Assembly (NCBI GenBank): GCA_020725385.1
Contig: DYFC01000017.1
Coordinates: 48,178-112,177 of the forward strand
DNA: 64,000 bases
Source of the DNA: Nitrospira japonica
GTDB taxonomy: Bacteria; Nitrospirota; Thermodesulfovibrionia; Thermodesulfovibrionales; SM23-35
Direction: 5' to 3'
The position numbers and the translations under genes are program-made. The number at the start of each line of letters is the position of its first letter. Positions within the stretch are counted from its first letter, which is position 1. Shown here one piece after another: positions 19,914-29,915 of the stretch. Under the pieces are notes generated by a model. The model saw only the letters and a program-made list of their open reading frames with translations. It had not been told where the DNA came from and searched no databases.

Positions 19914-20703
19914 GAATATTGTAGAAGTTATAGGAAGTAAAACAAAACCTATTAAGATAAGCATACATAATATTTCATGCATTATTAATGATATTTTTTA
20001 CTGGACTTTTATCTCTCCTTTTAAAGGATTTCCCATAAGGTTTAAGGCTTGTGTTAATGAAATGGTTAAAGCAGGATATAATTCAGTTCCTATAATCTCT
20101 GTAATCTCTTTTTTTATAGGTGTTATTCTTGCTTTTCAGGCTGCTTATCAACTTAAAAAAGTAGGGGCTTTGATTTATGTTGCAAATCTCGTTGGAGTGT
20201 CTCTTACAAGAGAACTCGGACCGATAATTACAGCAATAATTGTCTCTGGAAGAAGCGGCTCTGCTTATGCCGCAGAGATAGGTTCAATGAAAGCTGCTGA
20301 AGAGATTGATGCATTGATAAGTATGGGAATAAATCCTGTCAGGTTTATTGTTGTTCCAAAACTCATAGCTCTGATGGTAATGGTTCCCGCTCTTACGATT
20401 TTTTCTGACTTGATTGGAATATTCGGTGGCTTCGTATTATCAACTACTATTCTTGAAATACATCCTTCAAATTATTTCCAGCAAACTATAAATGCACTTC
20501 TTGTTAAAGACATCCTAACCGGGCTCATGAAAGCATGGGCATTCGGAGTTGTAATAACAATAGTCGGTGTTTATCAAGGGTTTATGGTAAAAGGCGGAGC
20601 TGAAGAAGTAGGCCGTAGAACTACATCAGCTGTTGTTGCTTCTATCTTTTTAGTAATTGTATCGGATTTATTTTTCACAGCATTATTTTATTATTTCACG
20701 TAA
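19897..20703 (+). CDS. mlaE: MlaE-family ABC permease
   Basis: RELGPIITAIIVSGRSGSAYAAEIGSMK, EEIDAL, VGRRTTSAVV. Confidence 0.9.
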   Translation: MPSESKNIVEVIGSKTKPIKISIHNISCIINDIFYWTFISPFKGFPIRFKACVNEMVKAGYNSVPIISVISFFIGVILAFQAAYQLKKVGALIYVANLVGVSLTRELGPIITAIIVSGRSGSAYAAEIGSMKAAEEIDALISMGINPVRFIVVPKLIALMVMVPALTIFSDLIGIFGGFVLSTTILEIHPSNYFQQTINALLVKDILTGLMKAWAFGVVITIVGVYQGFMVKGGAEEVGRRTTSAVVASIFLVIVSDLFFTALFYYFT

Positions 20704-20704
20704 T

Positions 20705-21490
20705 ATGGAAAAAGCAATAGAAGTAGAAAACTTAGTAACACATTACGGAGATAGAGAGATATTAAAGAATATATCTTTCTCAATACCAAAAGGTTCGATT
20801 ACTGTAATACTCGGAGGAAGCGGATGCGGTAAAAGCACTTTGCTAAAACACCTTATAGGATTGCTCAAGCCAACTTCAGGAAGGATAATTATAAAGGGAA
20901 ATGATATAACAAAAATGAATGAAGATCAGATGAATGAGATAAGAAAAAAAATGGGTATACTTTTTCAGGGTGCTGCTTTGCTTAATTCAATGACAATTCT
21001 TGATAATGTTGCTTTGCCTTTACACGAACATACAAAACTTAAAGAATCAACAATTGAAATAATGGTCAGGATGAAACTTGACCTTGTTGGGCTGTCAGGT
21101 TTTGATTCTTTCTATCCTTCTCAACTTTCAGGTGGAATGAAAAAAAGGGCAGGACTTGCGAGAGCCCTTGCCTTAGACCCTGAAATGCTTTTTTTCGATG
21201 AGCCTTCAGCAGGACTTGATCCTGTTACTGCTGCCGGACTTGATGAACTTATTATTAAATTGAATAAGGTTTTCAGAATGACAATTATAGTGGTAACTCA
21301 TGAATTGCCGAGTGTATTCAAAATAGCTGATTATGTTATTATGCTTGACAAAGGCTATGTGATTTTCTCGGGAACTCTTAATGAACTGAAGACTTCTGAT
21401 AATCCAAGAATCAGAATGTTTCTTGAAAGGCAGCCTGAAGAGGAAAAATATTCACCAGATGATTATTTCAAGGTAATTGCAGGAGAGTAA
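20705..21490 (+). CDS. mlaF: MlaF-family ABC ATPase
   Basis: GGSGCGKS, LSGGMKKRAGLARALALDP, FDEPSAGLDP. Confidence 0.9.
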   Translation: MEKAIEVENLVTHYGDREILKNISFSIPKGSITVILGGSGCGKSTLLKHLIGLLKPTSGRIIIKGNDITKMNEDQMNEIRKKMGILFQGAALLNSMTILDNVALPLHEHTKLKESTIEIMVRMKLDLVGLSGFDSFYPSQLSGGMKKRAGLARALALDPEMLFFDEPSAGLDPVTAAGLDELIIKLNKVFRMTIIVVTHELPSVFKIADYVIMLDKGYVIFSGTLNELKTSDNPRIRMFLERQPEEEKYSPDDYFKVIAGE

Positions 21491-21491
21491 T

Positions 21492-22367
21492 ATGAAAGAA
21501 GAGTTTAAGGCCGGTATAATTATTGTTTCAGCTATTGTAATCCTTAGTATTTTCATAATCCTTATAGGTGGCGGCCAGTTGTTCGAGAAGTTTGATATTT
21601 ACTATGTAAAAGTAATGAACGCAGCAGGGCTCGAGACAGGTGCTCAGGTAAAGCTCGGAGGAGTTAAAGTTGGCAGGGTTTTAAATGTAAAACCTCCGGT
21701 ATCTTTTGGTGAACCTGTTAATATAGAAATAGGTCTAAAAAAAGGCACAATTCTATATAAAGGAACAAAAGCTTATATAACACAAATTGGTTTTGTTGGA
21801 GATATTTACCTGCTTCTTTCTGTAAAAGATACAACCAATGAAATTATAAAAGTCGGCTCGGTTATTCCATCTGAAGAGCATATGCAGATGGATGTTCTCA
21901 TGGCAAAGCTGAATAACCTTTCTTCATCTGTTGATAAACTCATAAATGACGTAGATAAAATATTTAGCGAAAGAAATGTAAAAGGAATCGAGAATATTAT
22001 AGGCAATACTAATAAAGCAATTGTCACAAGTTCAGAAAATATTGATAAAGTTGCGCTTGGCTTGAAGAATACAACAGAAAGACTTGAAAAAGTATTAAAT
22101 GAGATTGAAAGTCTTCTTAAAGAAAATAAAGGTGATGTTGCCCAACTTCTGAAAAGGGCGCGTGAAAATATAGACAAAGCCGGTGATATGATGAAAAGCA
22201 TAGAAAAAACTTCAAAATCGGTTGATAAAACAGTTTTGCACCAATCAAAAAATATTGACCAATTAATTAACTCTATGACAAGAACTACCGAAGAGCTTCA
22301 GGAAGTTTTACAAGAAATAAAAAATAAACCATGGAGTCTTATTTATAAAGATGGGAGGGGAGAATAA
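21492..22367 (+). CDS. mlaD: MlaD/MCE domain protein with long helical tail
   Basis: TM anchor, AAGLETGAQVKLGGVKVGRV, coiled coil, C-terminal PWSLI. Confidence 0.88.
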   Translation: MKEEFKAGIIIVSAIVILSIFIILIGGGQLFEKFDIYYVKVMNAAGLETGAQVKLGGVKVGRVLNVKPPVSFGEPVNIEIGLKKGTILYKGTKAYITQIGFVGDIYLLLSVKDTTNEIIKVGSVIPSEEHMQMDVLMAKLNNLSSSVDKLINDVDKIFSERNVKGIENIIGNTNKAIVTSSENIDKVALGLKNTTERLEKVLNEIESLLKENKGDVAQLLKRARENIDKAGDMMKSIEKTSKSVDKTVLHQSKNIDQLINSMTRTTEELQEVLQEIKNKPWSLIYKDGRGE

Positions 22368-22368
22368 G

Positions 22369-22971
22369 ATGGAAAAGAAGACTAAACTAATTTTAATATA
22401 CCTTTCAATAATAGTATTTTCTATAAGTTTATTAATGAGTGCATGTACAATGCCCCAGACAAAAATTTATAGCCTTGATTTGAATTATCCTTATAATGAA
22501 AAAGATTTGAAAAGCAAATTCTCTGAAAAGGCAGTTACGATTATTGTTAATGCACCAAGACATCTTTCGCAACCTTATATTGTCTATAGAACCTCACCAT
22601 ATGAAATGGAAATATCAAAATACTCAAAATGGGAAGCTTCTCCGCAAGAGATTATAAAAAAAGCAATGAAAGATTACCTTTCATCCTCAAGAATATTTAA
22701 AGAAGTTAAAACATCATATACTTTTCAGGAAGGCTATTATACTCTTGAGATTGATTTGAAAAAATTTGAAAGATTTGATTCAGAGAATAAATCATATGGA
22801 GAATTATTATTTGATTATATACTAATTTCTCCTGAAGGAAATGAGATTGTGTGCTCAACAATAAATAAAAGAATGGAACTTCAGGAAAAATCATTTCTCG
22901 GTCTTGCAAAAATTCTTACTAATGCAATAAAAGAAGCCTCCATTGAAATCGGTGATAAGATTGTAAAATGA
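22369..22971 (+). CDS. PqiC-like ABC transport auxiliary lipoprotein
   Basis: Lipobox MSAC, IVYR, YSKWEASP; last gene of the Mce operon. Confidence 0.8.
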   Translation: MEKKTKLILIYLSIIVFSISLLMSACTMPQTKIYSLDLNYPYNEKDLKSKFSEKAVTIIVNAPRHLSQPYIVYRTSPYEMEISKYSKWEASPQEIIKKAMKDYLSSSRIFKEVKTSYTFQEGYYTLEIDLKKFERFDSENKSYGELLFDYILISPEGNEIVCSTINKRMELQEKSFLGLAKILTNAIKEASIEIGDKIVK

Positions 22972-23047
22972 TAAATTGTCCTGAATTTAATGTGTTCCAG
23001 CTTGTAAGCTTTTTCAACCGCATTACTTGTTTGAATATATTCAATAT

Positions 23048-24403
23048 TTATAGTATCGGAAGATAACGCATATGTTCATACGGATGAATTTGAATACTAT
23101 ACTCATCCCACTCAATTTTTTTGCTCATTATAAACTGCTCAAATATATGATCTCCAAGTGTTTCTTTTAAAAGTTCACTTTCTTCAGCAAATTCCAAAGC
23201 TCTGTTAAGGCTTCCCGGAAGACTATCTATATTATATTTTTTTCTTTCTTCTTCAGTCATATGATAAACATCCATTTCTATTGGATCGGGCAGGATATAT
23301 CCTTTTTCGATTCCTTTTAGCCCGGCGTTAAGCATACACGCAAATGCAAGATATGGATTGCAGGAAGGATCAGGTGAGCGAAGTTCAACACGTGTTGCTT
23401 TTTCTTTGCCGGGTTTGTATAAAGGAACTCTTACCAGAGTTGATCTATTACGTCTTGCCCAGCATATATAGACAGGAGCTTCGTAGCCCGGAACTAATCT
23501 TTTATATGAATTAACCCATTGATTGAGTACAAGTGTTATCTCTTTTATATGTGTGAGGAGCCCTGCAATGTATTTTTTTGCAATATCCGATAGGAAGAAT
23601 GGATCTTTTGAGTCAAAAAAAGCATTTTTATCGCCAGTAAATAATGACTGATGTGTATGCATGCCACTTCCATTCTGCCCGAATATAGGCTTTGGCATAA
23701 ATGTAGCATATACATTGTATTGTTTGGCTATCTCTTTAACGATGATTCTGTATGTCATAACAATATCGGCCATTGTCAAAGCATCAGCATATCTTAAATC
23801 TATTTCATGCTGTGAATGGGCGACTTCATGATGCGAATATTCAACCTGTATTCCCATTGTTTCAAGAGCAAGTATAGTGTCTCTCCTCAAGTCTTCAGCA
23901 GCATCCAGAGGATAATCAAAATAGCCTCCTTCATCAAGTGGTTCTGTACTTTTATCGTTTTTAAAATAAAAATATTCCAATTCAGGTCCAACATAAAAGG
24001 TAAAGCCTTTTTGTTTTGCTTTATCAAGATTTACTTTTAATATGTATCGGGGGTCTCCTTTGTATGGAGAGCCATCAGGTTCGTAAATATCACAAAACAT
24101 TCTTGCAACAGCCTTTTCTTTAGGTCTCCAGGGAAGCATTACAAAAGTAGCAGGATCCGGTCTTGCTATCATATCGCTTTCATCAATTCTTGCAAAGCCT
24201 TTTATTGAAGAACCATCAAAACCCATGCCTTCATTGAATGCAAATTCAAGTTCATCAACAGGAACCGCAAAGCTTTTCAATTGTCCATGAATATCAGCAA
24301 ACCATAATCTAACAAATTTGACATCATATTTTTTTACAATTTCAAGAACATCTTTTTTATCCCTTGGTTTTTGTCCTGATTTTTTAATTTTTGCTTTTGC
24401 CAT
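23048..24403 (-). CDS. glnA: Glutamine synthetase type I
   Basis: FDGSSIKGFARIDESDM, HHEVA.SQHEID, FMPKP, NGSGMHTH, PGYEAP, ELRSPDPSCNPYL. Confidence 0.96.
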   Translation of the reverse strand: MAKAKIKKSGQKPRDKKDVLEIVKKYDVKFVRLWFADIHGQLKSFAVPVDELEFAFNEGMGFDGSSIKGFARIDESDMIARPDPATFVMLPWRPKEKAVARMFCDIYEPDGSPYKGDPRYILKVNLDKAKQKGFTFYVGPELEYFYFKNDKSTEPLDEGGYFDYPLDAAEDLRRDTILALETMGIQVEYSHHEVAHSQHEIDLRYADALTMADIVMTYRIIVKEIAKQYNVYATFMPKPIFGQNGSGMHTHQSLFTGDKNAFFDSKDPFFLSDIAKKYIAGLLTHIKEITLVLNQWVNSYKRLVPGYEAPVYICWARRNRSTLVRVPLYKPGKEKATRVELRSPDPSCNPYLAFACMLNAGLKGIEKGYILPDPIEMDVYHMTEEERKKYNIDSLPGSLNRALEFAEESELLKETLGDHIFEQFIMSKKIEWDEYSIQIHPYEHMRYLPIL

Positions 24404-24427
24404 TTTAATTCCTCCGGAGTTTATTAA

Positions 24428-25126
24428 TTACTTAATTTCTTTAAAAAATAATTTGTAAAAATTTCTTGCCCTACCTTTATATTCCTCATATATGCGTTCA
24501 GTTTCATTAATTATATTTTCTATGTCTGGATTATCATTCAACCATTCAAGGATCATCTCACGTGTAACCTCTATATGAAATTGGAATGCATATATATTAT
24601 TCCCATATCTGAATGCCTGGTGTTTATACATTTTAGAACTTGCGAGAAGAACAGCGCCATTAGGTAAAGTAAATGTGTCGCCATGCCAGTGGAATACTTT
24701 AAATTTTTTCCAGAAATCTCCAACAGCAGGATGCTTTGCAAGTTGTCTCATTAAAGGATCTTTGATCCCTTCGCCTGTAAGTTCAATATGGTGCCAGCCT
24801 ATTTCTTTCTCATCACCGGGATAAACGTCGGCACCAAGACAATGTGCAAGTAGTTGTGCTCCAAGACATATACCCATAACTTTAATATCTCTATTTATTG
24901 CTTCTCTGATAATTCGGGAGGCTGCTTGAAGATGGGGGTATTTATCCATTTCATAAACACCCATAGGGCCGCCAAGTATTATAAGTGCATTATATTTTTC
25001 AAGTGAAGGTGCAATTTCTCCTGAGCCAAGTTCTACTATTTTAAAACTTATATGTTTTTCTTTAAGAAAATCTCCGATAGTCCCGGGACCTTCAGTTATA
25101 ATATTTTTGACAATTAATACTGCCAA
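24428..25126 (-). CDS. Class I glutamine amidotransferase
   Basis: LGGPMGV, GICLGAQL, HWHGDTF, FQFHIE; TTG start with GGAGG SD. Confidence 0.9.
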   Translation of the reverse strand: MAVLIVKNIITEGPGTIGDFLKEKHISFKIVELGSGEIAPSLEKYNALIILGGPMGVYEMDKYPHLQAASRIIREAINRDIKVMGICLGAQLLAHCLGADVYPGDEKEIGWHHIELTGEGIKDPLMRQLAKHPAVGDFWKKFKVFHWHGDTFTLPNGAVLLASSKMYKHQAFRYGNNIYAFQFHIEVTREMILEWLNDNPDIENIINETERIYEEYKGRARNFYKLFFKEIK

Positions 25127-25250
25127 TACAACCTCCTAAAGAAAGCTTATAGCAAAGAGATGAGAGCTAAAGTATTAAGCTACAAATTTTATGACTTTGT
25201 TACATGTTATCCGGATTATGCGACAGCTTTATATAAAGTATACAAATAAA

Positions 25251-28037
25251 TTATTTGTAAATTACAGCCGAGATTTGTGACAAATTAAACCTTATTCTTT
25301 CTAATTTCTCAATTAACTCTTCTTTGGAAGTTAGGTTAATTAATTTTATTATTATATCAAGAATATCAGAATTTATCTGCAATACATTTAAATTATTCAT
25401 TCTTAGAATAGTGTCAATTGTTCTAAGAAATCTGTGAGATTCTATAAGAAAACTTGAAGTTGACTTATCAATGAGAGAGAAAGAATCTATTTTTTTTAAT
25501 GCTTCAAATGTATTTTGAATAATAATATCAGGGAATATGTCAGCATATTTCAATTGTATATATTGAACAATAAATTCTATTTCTTTAATTCCGCCAGGAC
25601 CTAATTTCAAATCATACCCTTTTTTTTCTTTTGAGATTTCTTTTATTATTCTTTGCCTCATTTCCTGTAAATCCTGCGAACGAATATCTTTTTTTCTCTT
25701 TAAAATGATTTTTCTTCTCAAATTCTCAAAGTCATTAATCAAGAAAAGGTTGCCTGCTACAGGGCGAGCTTTAATCAATGATTGTATTTCCCATGGTTTT
25801 GCATTTCTTAAAAAATATTCTTCATACCCTTTAATGTTGTTTACAAGAATTCCTTTTGAGCCATCAGGTCTTAATCTCAGATCAACTTTATATGCAATTC
25901 CTGTATCAGTATATTCTGTCAGCAGTTTTATAATCTTGTCTGGAAATTCATTATATACTTTGTCTTCAGAAACAATAAAAATAAGGTCAAGATCTGAACC
26001 GATATTAAGTTCCTTTGAGCCATAACCACCAAATGCTATTATTGCAAATTTTGTATCAGGCATTAAAGAAGAAGTAATTATTTTTAGAATCGCATCTGCT
26101 ATTGAGCTCAACCTTTCCATAAAACTATATACATCAAGTATGCCTGTAATAAAAAATATACCTGATTTTAACTCTTCATAGGATTTGAATTTCCGGATGC
26201 TTTGGTTTATTTCATTTGTTTTAAGCATTATTTGAATCATCTCTTCAAATCGTTTAAAATTACCATTAATATGCTGCAAATCAAAAATACTTTCAATATT
26301 TTCTATATTAAGTAAAGACCTTGTTAAATAACTGCTTGTTGAAAATGTCTTAATAATTATTTCTATAAGCTCGCGTCTTTCTTTTAGTATTCCAGTAAAG
26401 GATGCATGCTCTCCTATCTTGTCTATGAAATTAGTAAGATTTAAAAGCGCTTTGTCTTTGTTTGTTGCTTTTATAATTTCATCAAGAAAATAAGCTATAA
26501 CTTTTCTCAGAGATGTTCTTTCATACAAGGTTTTATATGTAGTTAACTGTTCCTGCAGTAGTCTGATATTTTTAAATGCCTCGTTAGGATCGGTAAAACC
26601 TTTGAACTTAAGAAAATCAAAAACAGCCTCATCTGGCAGTTCTTCAAATACAGAGAGTATAGAATCAGTTGATTCAGCAGTATCTTTAAAGAGAAGGTTA
26701 TACATGTCTCTTACTTTAAATCTTTGGAGTTTTAATTTGGACATAAAAACTGCTTTATTATCAAAAAGCATTTTCTTTGCAAGTATCTCAAGTTCCTCAT
26801 CCGAAGAAGGAATAATATAGGTTTGGGTGTCATCCCTCATTTGAAGAAAATGTTCAATCCTTCTTAAGAAAAAATAGCTGTTACTTAATATATCACTATC
26901 GTCTTTTGAAAGAAGATTTTCAATTAATAATTCATTCAAAGTTTCAGAAATTTTTCTTTTTCTTAGATTATCTTTTTCTCCACCGTATAACAACTGAAAA
27001 GCATGAACAAAAAACTCAACTTCTCTAATGCCGCCATAACCTCGTTTTATATCATTTGTATCAGAGATACTATCGATTCTTTTTTTAAGACTTTTTATCT
27101 CTTCAATATCATTATAATCGAGTGATTTTTTCCAGATAAATGGTTCTATGCCTTTTAGAAAATATAAGCCCAATGAAGTATCTCCTGAGATGTATCTTGA
27201 GCGAATTAAGGCAAATCTTTCCCATGACTTTCCCCATGATTCATAATATTGAAAACAGGCATTTAAAGGAGTTGAGATAGATCCTTTTTGACCATTTGGT
27301 CTAAGTCTTAAATCAACCCTGTAACATATACCATCTTCTGTAATAGTTTGAAATAAATTAGTAATTATTTCTGTTAATTTGCAGAAATATTCGTGTGAAT
27401 TTATTCTGTTTTTCAAAATGCCGGATGCTGTTCTTATGCCTGAAGATATTTGTCTTTCTGAAAGATAAACAGTCATAATATCAATGTCTGAACTATAATT
27501 AAGTTCTTCTGCACCAAGCTTTCCGAGACCTATTATGGCGAAAGAATTGTCTTTAATATCTCCAAAGTTATCTTTCATTAATTTAGAAGACATATTAAGA
27601 GCAATTTCAATTAGTGCATCTGCAAGTACAGTCAGTTCAAAGGCACTCTCTTCTGTACTAATTTTTCTGGAAAGATCTCTTAAAGTTATTCTTAGTAAAT
27701 AATCTTTTTTTAGTGTTCTCAGTATTTCAAGACATTGTTTTTTATATTCATAATCCCGTAGATTTTTTTCTAATCTTTTATAATCTTTAATTATTTGTTC
27801 TTTAGAAATTGGTGAATCTATTTTTTTTAAAGATGAAGTGAGACTTTCAGGCTTAATGAATGAATAATCAGCAAGAAACTGACTACACGAAAATAACATT
27901 GCAATATTTGAAAGAAATGCAATATTCTGTTCGATAAAGTCAGGATGCGTAGTTTGCATTCTTTGCAAATTCTTAAGACATCTTGGTTTGTCAGGGGTTG
28001 TATCTGAAATATCATTAATAAGTTTGATAATATTCAT
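25251..28037 (-). CDS. glnE: Glutamine synthetase adenylyltransferase/deadenylase
   Basis: Two nucleotidyltransferase halves: GKLGAEELNYSSDID / RVDLRLRPNG and GSKELNIGSDLDL / KVDLRLRPDG; KLGPGGIKEIEF. Confidence 0.93.
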   Translation of the reverse strand: MNIIKLINDISDTTPDKPRCLKNLQRMQTTHPDFIEQNIAFLSNIAMLFSCSQFLADYSFIKPESLTSSLKKIDSPISKEQIIKDYKRLEKNLRDYEYKKQCLEILRTLKKDYLLRITLRDLSRKISTEESAFELTVLADALIEIALNMSSKLMKDNFGDIKDNSFAIIGLGKLGAEELNYSSDIDIMTVYLSERQISSGIRTASGILKNRINSHEYFCKLTEIITNLFQTITEDGICYRVDLRLRPNGQKGSISTPLNACFQYYESWGKSWERFALIRSRYISGDTSLGLYFLKGIEPFIWKKSLDYNDIEEIKSLKKRIDSISDTNDIKRGYGGIREVEFFVHAFQLLYGGEKDNLRKRKISETLNELLIENLLSKDDSDILSNSYFFLRRIEHFLQMRDDTQTYIIPSSDEELEILAKKMLFDNKAVFMSKLKLQRFKVRDMYNLLFKDTAESTDSILSVFEELPDEAVFDFLKFKGFTDPNEAFKNIRLLQEQLTTYKTLYERTSLRKVIAYFLDEIIKATNKDKALLNLTNFIDKIGEHASFTGILKERRELIEIIIKTFSTSSYLTRSLLNIENIESIFDLQHINGNFKRFEEMIQIMLKTNEINQSIRKFKSYEELKSGIFFITGILDVYSFMERLSSIADAILKIITSSLMPDTKFAIIAFGGYGSKELNIGSDLDLIFIVSEDKVYNEFPDKIIKLLTEYTDTGIAYKVDLRLRPDGSKGILVNNIKGYEEYFLRNAKPWEIQSLIKARPVAGNLFLINDFENLRRKIILKRKKDIRSQDLQEMRQRIIKEISKEKKGYDLKLGPGGIKEIEFIVQYIQLKYADIFPDIIIQNTFEALKKIDSFSLIDKSTSSFLIESHRFLRTIDTILRMNNLNVLQINSDILDIIIKLINLTSKEELIEKLERIRFNLSQISAVIYK

Positions 28038-28052
28038 ATAAAAAGAGAGTGA

Positions 28053-29021
28053 TTAAAGTGGAAAATTAAGATCGAGAATTCTTTTTCTTAAAATTAAAAT
28101 CTCAAATGAAATCGCAGCCATAGAAGCCAATAATGATAGAAAACCAACATTTGCATTTAATACCGAAGAAACTCCGTTATCAGCATAAAGTAATGAAATT
28201 ACCCTGTCTCTTAAAATAATTGGAAGTATCAATACATCCTGTGGTGTTCCTGATAGAAGGCGTATTAAAGCTTCATTTTCTTTTACATTAAGAATAGGTC
28301 CTCTGTAACTGCTTTTATTTCTTAATACATCTGAGAACACCGATTGTCCTTTTTCTTGCATAGAAAAAGTTTCAACATTGAGTCCTCTGCCTTTCCAGCC
28401 CATGATTGTACCGCTTTTTACAGTGAATAACGCTGTACGTTTTGCAATTTTATATGCCTCATTTAACAATAAACCTGCTATTCCCTCTTTGTCTTTAACT
28501 TCAGTAAAAGCGATCTTTATTTTATTAATCGAGTTTTCTTCAATTTTGGTTTCGGGATTGAAACGGTCACTTAAACTTATAAAACGTACATTCCTCTTAA
28601 TCCCGTAGTATTTTTCAAGAGAATATAAAAGACGCATTTCGGATATTACGTATGGAATAATATCAAAACCTGTAATAAAACGTAGTTCATCGAGTTCTCT
28701 TATATCTTTCGGATTAAGCATAGCAGTGTGCATTCTGCTTCGTTCTTTTTTAAAGGGAAGAATTTTATATTTATCAATTACGTCAATACTGATTGATGAT
28801 ATAATATCTTCCGGAATATTGTTCAATAAATCGAGCGGTGCAGGGGCCACTTTGAAGTATTTGCTTAGGAATTTTGTTAGTTCTGTTTCATCAATGTATC
28901 TTAACTCGAGAAGATTAGTCCCTATTCTCCCTCCAAATTGTATCTGCCTTTTTAACGCTTGTTCAAGTTGTTGCGTTGTTATGAGCGCTTCTTTTACAAG
29001 TGCTTCACCAAGTTTCATCAT
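28053..29021 (-). CDS. MshEN (GspE N-terminal) domain protein with GAF-like C-terminus and no ATPase
   Basis: Tandem motif KLGEALV...LEQALKRQ...RIGTNLL; ILPIILRDRVISLLYADN. Confidence 0.75.
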   Translation of the reverse strand: MMKLGEALVKEALITTQQLEQALKRQIQFGGRIGTNLLELRYIDETELTKFLSKYFKVAPAPLDLLNNIPEDIISSISIDVIDKYKILPFKKERSRMHTAMLNPKDIRELDELRFITGFDIIPYVISEMRLLYSLEKYYGIKRNVRFISLSDRFNPETKIEENSINKIKIAFTEVKDKEGIAGLLLNEAYKIAKRTALFTVKSGTIMGWKGRGLNVETFSMQEKGQSVFSDVLRNKSSYRGPILNVKENEALIRLLSGTPQDVLILPIILRDRVISLLYADNGVSSVLNANVGFLSLLASMAAISFEILILRKRILDLNFPL

Positions 29022-29059
29022 AATACATTATTAATTTTTGCATAAAAAATATCAAGATG

Positions 29060-29875
29060 TTATTTTTTAGAAGGATTGAGATTATGCACTATCTCCGCGC
29101 CTATCAAGAATATACAGGAGGAATAAAATACCCACAATAAAAATACAACAAAAGCTGATAGAGGGCCATATATTGTCCCGAATTTTACAACTGAGCCAAC
29201 ATACCAGGTAAATACATGTTTTGCTATTTCAAGTAATATGGTAGTAAATAAAGCACCTGACAAAGCGTGCTTGATTCTTATCTTACTTTTTGGGAAAAAT
29301 AAATACATAATAGTCACAGTAAAAAGGACTGTAAAAAAAGGTATTACATATCTGATAAGCAAAGCAGTAATTAAGCCTATTCTAAGTGTGGGAAAAGTCT
29401 GCTTTAAAGTTTTCAGTAGCGGAATCAATGAAGTAGTAGCAAATGAGATAAAAATAGTTATTATTATAAAAGTTATCATTATTATAGAGAAAATTACAGA
29501 CCAGAAAAAAGATCTTTTCTTTTTTACTTTGAATATTATGTTTAATGCATTCTCAAGAGATGCAAATACTTGTATTGATAAAAAACCATACAATAAAAGA
29601 CTCAAAGTACCTATTGCTTTGTAAGAGATAAGCTTATTGAGTTCTTTTATTATTCCTGAAGTAATCTCGGGGAAAAACTCTATTAATCTATGAGAGAAGA
29701 ACTCATAAAAACCATGATATTTACCGAGTATGTACCCAAGTATAGTAATTAGAAAAAGACAGAAAGGAACCATTGCCATCATAGCAAAATAGGATATAGA
29801 GCCAGCTAGCATTACTCCATTATCCCTGAAGAAGTCAATAAAACTTTTTGAGATAATCTTTATAAATTTCAACAT
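29060..29875 (-). CDS. YihY/BrkB family membrane protein
   Basis: LAGSISYF, LENALN, IYGPLSAFVVFLLWVFYS...GAE. Confidence 0.9.
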   Translation of the reverse strand: MLKFIKIISKSFIDFFRDNGVMLAGSISYFAMMAMVPFCLFLITILGYILGKYHGFYEFFSHRLIEFFPEITSGIIKELNKLISYKAIGTLSLLLYGFLSIQVFASLENALNIIFKVKKKRSFFWSVIFSIIMITFIIITIFISFATTSLIPLLKTLKQTFPTLRIGLITALLIRYVIPFFTVLFTVTIMYLFFPKSKIRIKHALSGALFTTILLEIAKHVFTWYVGSVVKFGTIYGPLSAFVVFLLWVFYSSCIFLIGAEIVHNLNPSKK

Positions 29876-29915
29876 AATTAAAATTATTTTAACTTAACTT
29901 ATTGAATTTATGAAT

